From Candidatus Nanobsidianus stetteri (lineage in GTDB: Archaea; Nanobdellota; Nanobdellia; Nanobdellales; Nanobdellaceae): a stretch of DNA of 32,000 nucleotides. The stretch's first letter is position 1. Each line of letters starts with the position of its first letter. The notes below the pieces were generated by a model. That model saw nothing but the letters and a program-made list of their open reading frames with translations, was not told the DNA's origin and searched no databases. The position numbers and the translations under genes are program-made. Shown one piece after another: positions 1-7,193 of this stretch. Location: contig NZ_QEFP02000007.1 in assembly GCF_003086415.1 (NCBI RefSeq), forward strand, positions 8,621 through 40,620, in the 5' to 3' direction.

Positions 1-1
1 T

Positions 2-670
2 GTATATTATTATGTAGATCAAGAATTGGAAAGACAATTAAGGGAAAGAGGATTATATAATAATGATATATTAAAGAAAATATCTGATAATGGTGGAAGT
101 TTATTGGGAATAAAAGAGATACCAGATGATTTGAAAGCAATATTCTTAACTGCATTAGATATACCATGGTGGGATCATATAAGAGCGCAAGCAGTTTCCC
201 AAATGTGGATAACTACATCAATATCAAAGACAATAAATATGCCAAATTGGGTTCAGCCAGATGATGTATATTATTCATATTTATTAGCATATAAGATGGG
301 ATGTAAAGGAATTACAATATATAGAGATGGATCAAAATCTTCACAAGTATATGTAGCTCCTTCAGAAGCAAGTAAAGCGAGATTTATGGATTACTTTAGA
401 TTAATTAGAGAAGGTAAAATAAATAATAAAACAATTGAAATATTAAATCAATATGGAATAAAGTTACCAAACTGGTATTATGAATTAAATAACAATGTTG
501 AAGTACCAAAAGTAAAATTGAATGTAAACATAAATAATACATTAAAAGTTGAAGAAAATGGAAATAATAAAGTTGAAAAATGTCCTGTATGTGGATCTAC
601 AAGGTTAAAACATGAAGCTGGTTGTGTTGTATGTATTGATTGTGGATGGTCTGAATGTATAATTGCTTAA
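2..670 (+). CDS. nrdJ: Ribonucleoside reductase, class II (adenosylcobalamin-type), C-terminal part. The gene runs off the left edge.
   Basis: The frame is open from nt 2, with no stop before the TTG at 26. It contains SISKTINMP and GCKGITIYRDGSK motifs and a C-terminal zinc ribbon (CPVCGS...CVVCIDCG), as I recognise from archaeal class II RNRs. Confidence 0.75.
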   Translation, partial: VYYYVDQELERQLRERGLYNNDILKKISDNGGSLLGIKEIPDDLKAIFLTALDIPWWDHIRAQAVSQMWITTSISKTINMPNWVQPDDVYYSYLLAYKMGCKGITIYRDGSKSSQVYVAPSEASKARFMDYFRLIREGKINNKTIEILNQYGIKLPNWYYELNNNVEVPKVKLNVNINNTLKVEENGNNKVEKCPVCGSTRLKHEAGCVVCIDCGWSECIIA

Positions 671-696
671 TTTTTTATAATTTTTAAAAATAAAGG

Positions 697-768
697 TGGA
701 CCCGCCGGGATTTGAACCCGGGATCTCCGGCTTGCAAGGCCGACATCCTACGACTAGACTACGGGCCC
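697..768 (-). tRNA. tRNA-Ala (anticodon UGC)
   Basis: The reverse complement is GGGCCCGTAGTCTAGTCGTAGGATGTCGGCCTTGCAAGCCGGAGATCCCGGGTTCAAATCCCGGCGGGTCCA. The acceptor is GGGCCCG/CGGGTCC with the G3:U70 Ala identity pair. The anticodon arm is TCGGC-CTTGCAA-GCCGG and the T arm is CCGGG-TTCAAAT-CCCGG. CC follows, but a full CCA is not encoded. Confidence 0.9.
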
Positions 769-836
769 AATTATTAAATTTCTTAATATTTATTTTTATA
801 TAAATTTGTTTTTTGGAATAATTGAAAAAGCAATTA

Positions 837-920
837 TGCGGCGGAGGGGATTTGAACCCCTGACGGATCTACTCCACTGGGTCTTGAGCCCAGCCCCTTT
901 GTCCGCTCGGGCACCGCCGC
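837..920 (-). tRNA. tRNA-Leu (anticodon CAA), class II with long variable arm
   Basis: The reverse complement is GCGGCGGTGCCCGAGCGGACAAAGGGGCTGGGCTCAAGACCCAGTGGAGTAGATCCGTCAGGGGTTCAAATCCCCTCCGCCGCA. The acceptor is GCGGCGG/CCGCCGC. The anticodon arm is CTGGG-CTCAAGA-CCCAG and the T arm is AGGGG-TTCAAAT-CCCCT. There is a ~15-nt variable arm. Confidence 0.88.
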
Positions 921-959
921 TTAATAATTATATTTAGAAATTTTAATAATTTAAATAAT

Positions 960-1904
960 ATGGATAAGGGGGTATTTATTATATTAGATGGATTAGGTGA
1001 TAATTTAATTAAAGAGTTAAGATATAAAACACCTTTGGAAGATGCTAAAAAACAAAATATTGATAAATTGGTAAGATATTCAGAATGTGGATTATTATAT
1101 ATAAAAGAAAGAGGATACATTCCAAAATGTATTGAAGCAAATTTATCATTATTAGGTTATGATTTTAAGTATAATGAATTAATATTTAAAGCATTGGTAT
1201 ATAAAGAATTAAAAGAAAACCAGTTTTTAGTTGAAATAGAATCAAAAGAAGATCCAAAAATAAAAGATATATACGATATAATAAAATATAAAGATAATAA
1301 TTACATTTTGATTTTTGATAATTATGATAAGGAAATAATTGAAAAATTAAAGAAATATAAGATAAAAAACAAAGCAATATATAAAGGTTTAAATAAAAAA
1401 GATTTATTTGAAAAAAAATACAAAGTAAAAGCATTATATTTATCTTCAAGTCCCATTCATTTATCAATTGCAAAATATTTGAAAATTGATTATGAAAAAC
1501 CTTTGGGAACTACTGGAAAAAGTAATGAGAATTTATTTTCATTTTCAGAATATGCAATAGCAAATAGGAATAAATATGATATAATATTTATTCATATAAG
1601 GGCTCCAGACATATTATCTCACTTAAAAAATCCATTTAAAAAGAAAAAAATAATTGAAGAAATTGATAAATATTTAATAAAAAGAATAAAGGAATATTTT
1701 GATGCAATATTAATTACTGGAGATCATTCTACATCATCAATTAAAGGAAGGCATATTTCAGATCCTGTACCAGTTATGATATATTCAAAATATTCAAGAT
1801 ATGGTTTTGTAAAAAATTTCTCTGAAAGAAAATGTATAAAGGGAACTTTAGGGATATTGAATTCAAAAGATATTATAAAAATATTTATTGATAGATTAAA
1901 ATAA
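960..1904 (+). CDS. ApgM-like protein: archaeal cofactor-independent phosphoglycerate mutase / alkaline-phosphatase superfamily. It is shortened and divergent.
   Basis: The N-terminus FIILDGLGDNLIKEL..KTPLEDAKKQNIDKL and the C-terminal ITGDHSTS...DPVPVMIY match the ApgM pattern I recall. At 314 aa it is well below the ~400 aa typical for the family. Confidence 0.55.
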   Translation: MDKGVFIILDGLGDNLIKELRYKTPLEDAKKQNIDKLVRYSECGLLYIKERGYIPKCIEANLSLLGYDFKYNELIFKALVYKELKENQFLVEIESKEDPKIKDIYDIIKYKDNNYILIFDNYDKEIIEKLKKYKIKNKAIYKGLNKKDLFEKKYKVKALYLSSSPIHLSIAKYLKIDYEKPLGTTGKSNENLFSFSEYAIANRNKYDIIFIHIRAPDILSHLKNPFKKKKIIEEIDKYLIKRIKEYFDAILITGDHSTSSIKGRHISDPVPVMIYSKYSRYGFVKNFSERKCIKGTLGILNSKDIIKIFIDRLK

Positions 1905-2582
1905 TTATTGTCCTTGTTTAGCTAATTTTTCTAATAGAGAAGGATCTATTTTTTCTAATTCTTCAGGTTTTATTTCTGATAGATCCTTTATATTTATTCT
2001 ATCAGGTAATTTATCTGTTGGTTTTAATATTCTAACCTGAACTCCAATTACTCCAGAAGGTAATTTTGCATGTCTTATACTTTTTCCAATTATTTTATTT
2101 AATTCTCCCGATTTTTTAATATATCCTTTCTGTTCTCTTATTGTAGATGATCTATCTCCAATTATTTTTCCAGTAACCCTTACTTCAATACCTAAAGCCC
2201 CAGCCTGCATTACTTGTTCCATTACTCTTTGCATAATTCTCCTTATTGCTCTATTTCCATATCTTTCTATTTGAGATGCAATTAAATCTGCAACAATTTC
2301 AGAATCTAATAATGGATTTTCTACTCCGATAACTTCTATATTTGGATCCTTAACATTTGCAATATTTTCTACAATTTTCTTAATTTCATCTAAATTTTCA
2401 TTTGCTCTTCCTAGAACTAATCTTGGTCTTGCACAATATATAATAACTTTTGTACCCATTGAAACCTTGAAATATTCAACTTTACTAATTAATTTACCTT
2501 TAAATCTTTCTTTTAAAGTTTTATCTAATATTGCCTGTATTTTTTGTTCTCTTAAAAGTTCCTCTATATTTTTTGACGCCAT
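1905..2582 (-). CDS. rps3: 30S ribosomal protein uS3
   Basis: It has a KH-domain N-terminus and RRIMQRVMEQVMQAGALGIEVRVTGKI, which is characteristic of uS3. It lies immediately downstream of uL22, as in the conserved cluster. Confidence 0.9.
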   Translation of the reverse strand: MASKNIEELLREQKIQAILDKTLKERFKGKLISKVEYFKVSMGTKVIIYCARPRLVLGRANENLDEIKKIVENIANVKDPNIEVIGVENPLLDSEIVADLIASQIERYGNRAIRRIMQRVMEQVMQAGALGIEVRVTGKIIGDRSSTIREQKGYIKKSGELNKIIGKSIRHAKLPSGVIGVQVRILKPTDKLPDRINIKDLSEIKPEELEKIDPSLLEKLAKQGQ

Positions 2583-3139
2583 TCTTCTAATATTTGTTTA
2601 ACAATTTGTTTTAAGCCTTTTCTTTTTAGTTTCTTGGAAGTATCTAATGATTCTAAATACAATCCATATATTTTAATGTGTGATGTTTTCTTATGAACAG
2701 TTATTAATGCTCTTCTTATTCCACTAGGACCTGTTTTTATCTTTACAACTCTCAATCTTCCAGGAAACTTATTTCCCTTAGAAACATTAACAGAAACAAT
2801 TACAACTTTATTGGGATCTAAACCCATATTTTTTGCATTATTTTCTAAAGAATTTAATAATTTAATAAAATATTTTGAAACCTTAACTGGATATCTTCCA
2901 TATGGAACTTTTCCCATTACATTTTTATGGTGTGCTTGCTTTTTGTGATATCTATAATATGGAACTGCAATCTTTTTTTCAATAACCATTTCTAAATATT
3001 TTTTTGCATATGGTATTGTTAGATATTTAATAAATCTCCCAACCATTTCAGAATCTTTTCTTGATATAGGTAAATTAATAGATGATACAGTAACAATTTT
3101 TTTATTCTCCCTTAATAATGATACCAGTTTTGAATCCAT
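2564..3139 (-). CDS. rpl22: 50S ribosomal protein uL22
   Basis: The central and C-terminal region (VSVNVSKGNKFPGRLRVVKIKTGPSGIRRALITVHKKTSHIKI) is uL22-like. It overlaps the uS3 start by 19 nt. Confidence 0.85.
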   Translation of the reverse strand: MDSKLVSLLRENKKIVTVSSINLPISRKDSEMVGRFIKYLTIPYAKKYLEMVIEKKIAVPYYRYHKKQAHHKNVMGKVPYGRYPVKVSKYFIKLLNSLENNAKNMGLDPNKVVIVSVNVSKGNKFPGRLRVVKIKTGPSGIRRALITVHKKTSHIKIYGLYLESLDTSKKLKRKGLKQIVKQILEEWRQKI

Positions 3140-3181
3140 TTAGACATCTATATATAAAAATATTTATAAAACATATAATAT

Positions 3182-3577
3182 ATGCTAGATAGGTTTTTTG
3201 AATTATTTGTAATTGTCCTAGTAATATTTTTTATTACTTTATTATTAATGGAGAAAGTTTCTTATATTTATAATATTAATGAAAAATATCAAATTATATA
3301 TAATCAATTTATGGATGGGAGAGTTTTAATTAAAGAAATTACAGAGCAATATACTAATAATATTTGTAATTTGACATCAAATAATTTTGATCCAAGTATA
3401 ATGGATAATTTAGCAAGTTTTCCATATGAAATAATATATGAAAACTTAAGTAATACTAGCCAAGAGTATATTTTTAGTAATGATAATATAACAAATATGC
3501 AAAATAATTATATAGAATTTAATAGGGTTTGTTATTATGATGGCTCATTATTCTTAGTTAGTGTATTAGTTCAATGA
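3182..3577 (+). CDS. Small secreted or membrane-anchored protein, possibly type IV pilin-like (1 of 3)
   Basis: It has a single N-terminal hydrophobic helix (FELFVIVLVIFFITLLLM) after a short charged N-terminus. The rest is Asn/Tyr/Ser-rich with 4 N-x-S/T sequons. Its stop overlaps the next start by 4 nt (ATGA). Confidence 0.35.
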   Translation: MLDRFFELFVIVLVIFFITLLLMEKVSYIYNINEKYQIIYNQFMDGRVLIKEITEQYTNNICNLTSNNFDPSIMDNLASFPYEIIYENLSNTSQEYIFSNDNITNMQNNYIEFNRVCYYDGSLFLVSVLVQ

Positions 3578-3918
3578 GATCTTTTAGTATATCAATATTT
3601 ATTGAATTAGTAGTTGTAATAATTGTTTTATATTTTATTTTAACTTCAACATATTATAGTAGTTTCTATATTAGAGGATATAATAAAGAAGATCTATATG
3701 CATCATTGATATCAATAAATTATATGGATTTAAACAATACACAACAACTAAATAATAGTTTATATCAAATTGTTACAAATATTTTACCATATTATTATGT
3801 TGAAATAAATGGGCAGGTTGCATTTAATAATATAAATTTAAGTGAAGCAGAACAGGGAATTGAAACATTTTATATTATTAATGGCTCAGTAGATTATGTA
3901 GATATATATTGGAAATGA
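3574..3918 (+). CDS. Type IV pilin-like protein (2 of 3)
   Basis: MRS-FSISIFIELVVVIIVLYFIL has a short basic N-terminus followed by a ~20-aa hydrophobic helix, resembling an archaeal class III signal peptide. It has 4 N-x-S/T sequons. Confidence 0.4.
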   Translation: MRSFSISIFIELVVVIIVLYFILTSTYYSSFYIRGYNKEDLYASLISINYMDLNNTQQLNNSLYQIVTNILPYYYVEINGQVAFNNINLSEAEQGIETFYIINGSVDYVDIYWK

Positions 3919-4193
3919 GATCTCAATTTATTCTATTATATTTAGTTTTAATATTATTTATAACATTATACTTTATTTCAAATTTACAAAACAATTTCTA
4001 TTATCAACCAAATATTGGTAAATATATTGCAGAAGATTTTTATGTTAAATTATTATTATATCCAAATTATTCTTCCACCATAAATCAAACATATTATAAT
4101 ATCTGTTTAGAAGAGAATATAATATGCTATGATAATGGAACAAATATAATAGTTATAACTCAAAATTCTGAATATATATTAAATAACCCATAG
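3909..4193 (+). CDS. Type IV pilin-like protein (3 of 3)
   Basis: MEMRS-QFILLYLVLILFITLYFI has the same N-terminal architecture (the MRS motif is shared with ORF 2). It has 3 sequons. It overlaps the upstream gene by 10 nt. Its TAG stop shares its G with nucleotide 1 of tRNA-Glu. Confidence 0.4.
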   Translation: MEMRSQFILLYLVLILFITLYFISNLQNNFYYQPNIGKYIAEDFYVKLLLYPNYSSTINQTYYNICLEENIICYDNGTNIIVITQNSEYILNNP

Positions 4194-4267
4194 CCCCCAT
4201 CGTCTAGTCCGGTCCAGGATACGGGGTCCTCATCCCCGAGACCCGGGTTCAAATCCCGGTGGGGGCA
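4193..4267 (+). tRNA. tRNA-Glu (anticodon CUC) with an atypical anticodon loop
   Basis: The sequence is GCCCCCA-TC-GTCT-AGTCCGGTCCA-GGAT-A-CGGGG-TCCTCAT-CCCCG-AGAC-CCGGG-TTCAAAT-CCCGG-TGGGGGC-A. It forms a perfect 7-bp acceptor, 5-bp anticodon stem and 5-bp T stem. The loop UCCUCAU gives anticodon CUC but places C at position 33. No CCA is encoded. Confidence 0.8.
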
Positions 4268-4632
4268 AATTATAATTTTTAATTGTAAATCTTGTAAAGT
4301 ATTCAAAAACATAAAAAATTTTAGCTAATTACCCTTTTAGTAATTTTATAATAAAATAGAAGTTAGATATTTGATATCGATCAAAGATTATGAATTAATA
4401 AGATAAATCATTGATTATAAAAAGATTTTAGATTAAGTGATGACAATTATTCTTGATACTGGAGCAATTTAAAATATAGAGAATTAAAGTAGTCTAAATT
4501 TTGGAACAATGAAAAAATTTAATAAAAAGATAATAAGTATTAAATGTCAGATATTGGTAATTTTTCTTAAGAGTTTGAAATAAAATTCTTATAAATCATA
4601 AGATTTTAAAAAATTCTTTGAAATAAACTTTT

Positions 4633-5634
4633 ATGGAAAATTCTAATGAAAATATAAAATTCGGCATCTGTCCAGAATGTAAAGTAAGATATAATGATTC
4701 TTCTGAAAAGAAACTTGAACAATGTCCTTATTGTAAAGAATGGTTTTGTGAAAAACATGTAGAACCCAAATTAGTAATAACTTGGAGTGCAATAGAAAGA
4801 ACTAGAGATCGTATTTTAAAAGAAAAACTTTATGAAGAATGGAGAAAGGAGGGCGGTCATCCAGATTCTATTTGGACAATGCAATATTTTGAAAGTTTTG
4901 AAATAAAAGAAAAAGAAGAAAGAGAAAAATTTTTAAAAGTTTTAGATAAGATAGAAAAAATGAAAAAAATTAATTTATATGATAAATCTTCAAAGAAATT
5001 TCCTAAAAAAGGAAGGTCCTTTAAATTTCTATCAATAAAAAAATTCTTTAAATCAATATTTGGTTCAGAAAGTATAGATGGAACAGTTTTATTAGGACTA
5101 TTTTTATCTCTTTTCTCACTCTTTCTTCCCTGGATTTCTATCTCTTTATATGGATACCCTATAGACATTACATGGGTTAACATGTTTCAAGAATATATAT
5201 TAAAAATTCAGGTGAAAAGTTTATCGAATAATATTGTAACTTCTTATGTTATAACTGTAAATTATCTTCTAATAGCTCTTCTTATTATTATTGTTTTAGG
5301 TTTTATAATTGTAATTTTTGGATTGTTACTTGCTAAAAATTCTATTATTTTTACGGGTTCGTTATTTTTAATTATTTCTGCATTATCTTTTTTGTATTAT
5401 TTATCAACTTCTAGCGAGGTAAGCTTAGTTAGCTTTGCTGGAATAGGATTTTGGATTTTTACAATAAGTTCTATACTTATAGCTTATGGCTCAGCAAAAA
5501 ACGTATCAAAAATTGGAATTTTTTCATCTCTATTGATTGCTATTATTGTCTGTGCTTTTTTTCTATCGAATTTAGGGGTGCCATTTATCACAAAAATAAG
5601 TGAACTAATAAGAAGGTTATTCTTATCCATATAA
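4633..5634 (+). CDS. Zinc-ribbon (AN1-like CxxC...CxxCxxxxCxxH) protein with a polytopic C-terminal membrane domain
   Basis: The N-terminus is CPECKVRYNDSSEKKLEQCPYCKEWFCEKH. A Lys/Glu-rich linker follows, then about 5 hydrophobic helices (aa ~150-320). The function is unknown. Confidence 0.5.
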   Translation: MENSNENIKFGICPECKVRYNDSSEKKLEQCPYCKEWFCEKHVEPKLVITWSAIERTRDRILKEKLYEEWRKEGGHPDSIWTMQYFESFEIKEKEEREKFLKVLDKIEKMKKINLYDKSSKKFPKKGRSFKFLSIKKFFKSIFGSESIDGTVLLGLFLSLFSLFLPWISISLYGYPIDITWVNMFQEYILKIQVKSLSNNIVTSYVITVNYLLIALLIIIVLGFIIVIFGLLLAKNSIIFTGSLFLIISALSFLYYLSTSSEVSLVSFAGIGFWIFTISSILIAYGSAKNVSKIGIFSSLLIAIIVCAFFLSNLGVPFITKISELIRRLFLSI

Positions 5635-5977
5635 AGAGGTAAAGTCCTTAATAGAAAATAATATAAGATATTACTTGGAGACTCTAGATGTTATCGAATG
5701 TTTTTATGGTTTTGTTCTCGATTTAAATAAATTGCAAGTCATTTCAATTAATTTGGACCAATTGATAAATATGCTAAAACTTTATGCCAATAATTTATCA
5801 TAAAACTATTCATTTAGAAAATTATTAAGATTTTAAATATTTTGATTGCTGATTTGTAAATAAAATTTTTATTAATCTATTACAGATACTAAATTTATGT
5901 TCTAGATTTTTATCAAATTTTATGTAATTTTCTTATTAAACCTAATATTTTTATAAAATATAAATTAAGAAAAAATT

Positions 5978-6181
5978 TTATTGTCCAGCCCAAACATATT
6001 TTCCACCTTGTTCCTTTATCATCCCTTTATTTACGTATCTTGTAATTAATGCTTTTACAACTGCTGGTTTCTTTCCTAATTTATTTGCTATTTGTTGTGC
6101 TACTTTATCTACTTCATCCTTTGATACACCCTTTTTGAATGCAGCTTCTATTTCTGCTCTTAATTGAGATGGTGTTGCCAT
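5978..6181 (-). CDS. Small (67 aa) basic helical protein, possibly a winged-helix DNA binder
   Basis: MATPSQLRAEIEAAFKKGVSKDEVDKVAQQIANKLGKKPAVVKALITRYVNKGMIKEQGGKYVWAGQ looks like a helix-turn-helix plus wing. It is Ala/Val/Gln-rich, unlike the Ile/Lys/Asn-rich neighbours. I do not recognise a family. Confidence 0.35.
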   Translation of the reverse strand: MATPSQLRAEIEAAFKKGVSKDEVDKVAQQIANKLGKKPAVVKALITRYVNKGMIKEQGGKYVWAGQ

Positions 6182-6233
6182 AAAGAATATATAGGTGAAA
6201 TGATTATAAACTTTAAATAAAAAATTTTATAAA

Positions 6234-6704
6234 CTATTTATTTAAAACCTCTTTTTCATTCTTTAATATTCCTAAATCCTTAAGATAAATTAAAATAGCT
6301 CTTTTGCTCTTAAACTCATTACTTTTAGCTCTTTTATATAAATCTCTATATAACTTTTTATCAATTATGCTCTTCTCTTTTAATTCTCTTAATAAATTCC
6401 TTATTGCCCTTATTCTTTTAATCCAGCTTTCTTTCTTGTCCAATCTAGCTTTTCTACCTCCTTTTCTAGATCCTGACCCTCTTCTCCTTCCTTTTTTCTT
6501 CTGTTCTTTAATATAATTTGCCCATGTTCTAGATTGACCTCTAACTTGTTTTACTCTTATTATTCCTTTATCAATTAAATCTAAAACATCAGATCTGCTT
6601 AAAGCTTTAGATACATCCTGTATTTTATTTGGATCTATCCATATTCTATCTTTTCCAACACCAAGGATTTCAGATGCTAATTTCTTTTGTAATGATAGAT
6701 CCAT
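6234..6704 (-). CDS. rpl19e: 50S ribosomal protein eL19
   Basis: LQKKLASEILGVGKDRIWIDP...RGQSRTWANYIKEQKKKGRRRGSGSRKG is the classic eL19 N-terminus and basic core. Confidence 0.92.
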   Translation of the reverse strand: MDLSLQKKLASEILGVGKDRIWIDPNKIQDVSKALSRSDVLDLIDKGIIRVKQVRGQSRTWANYIKEQKKKGRRRGSGSRKGGRKARLDKKESWIKRIRAIRNLLRELKEKSIIDKKLYRDLYKRAKSNEFKSKRAILIYLKDLGILKNEKEVLNK

Positions 6705-7150
6705 TATTTAATTATTACCTCTCCACCAATGTTTTTAACCTTTTCTATTGCCCCTTCTGATGCTTCTCTTACATATATTTTCATTTTCTTGCTAATTTTT
6801 CCAGCACCCAATAATTTATCAACGCCTATTTCATCTAAATCTATTACATAATATTCCCCATCATTTTTTATTATCCCCTCAGATAATAAATAATCGAAAT
6901 ATTCTTCTATATCTCCTAAATTAATTATGGACTTTTCAATATTATATTTAATACTTGTAAATCCTTTTTTATCCTCAAATCTTTCCGGATATTCTTTAAT
7001 TAACTTAATATATTTCTGTTTCTTAAACCTCCATCCAGAGAAACCTGAACCACCCTTATTACCCTTACCTCTATTTCTATCATTATACCCTCTTCTAGCA
7101 TATCTTTGTCCAAGGTATTTCCTATATTTTCTTTTCCTGTGAGCGACCAT
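6704..7150 (-). CDS. rpl15: 50S ribosomal protein uL15
   Basis: It has a basic Gly-rich N-terminus (RKRKYRKYLGQR..GKGNKGGSG) and a C-terminal LLGAGKISKKMKIYVREASEGAIEKVKNIGGEV. It has a 1-nt TAATG overlap with eL19. Confidence 0.88.
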   Translation of the reverse strand: MVAHRKRKYRKYLGQRYARRGYNDRNRGKGNKGGSGFSGWRFKKQKYIKLIKEYPERFEDKKGFTSIKYNIEKSIINLGDIEEYFDYLLSEGIIKNDGEYYVIDLDEIGVDKLLGAGKISKKMKIYVREASEGAIEKVKNIGGEVIIK

Positions 7151-7193
7151 AGATAACCAAATATTTTATTAAACAATTTTTAAATTTAATATA

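Noticed and set aside
869-1120. An 83-aa ORF on the - strand that overlaps tRNA-Leu and the start of the ApgM-like gene.
   Set aside because: It overlaps a well-folded tRNA gene and is antisense to a gene with recognisable motifs. Its translation is low-complexity.
4430-4510. A possible box C/D sRNA. A GUGAUGA C-box-like heptamer lies at ~4438.
   Set aside because: There is no CUGA D or D' box at the required ~12-nt spacing, no C' box and no terminal stem.
4268-5977. An integrated element bounded by att repeats of the tRNA-Glu 3' end, or a CRISPR-like repeat array in the long spacers.
   Set aside because: I found no direct repeat of the tRNA 3' segment (CCCGGGTTCAAATCCCGGTGGGGGC) downstream. 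There is no integrase gene and no regularly spaced repeats. I kept this only as a low-density anomaly in the findings.
5978-6181. The 67-aa protein read as an archaeal histone or as ribosomal protein eS25.
   Set aside because: The length fits a histone, but the sequence lacks the histone-fold pattern (no RI.K.AGAERVS-like helix 1 / loop 1). It is too short and lacks the basic N-terminal region of eS25. I left it as a generic putative winged-helix protein.
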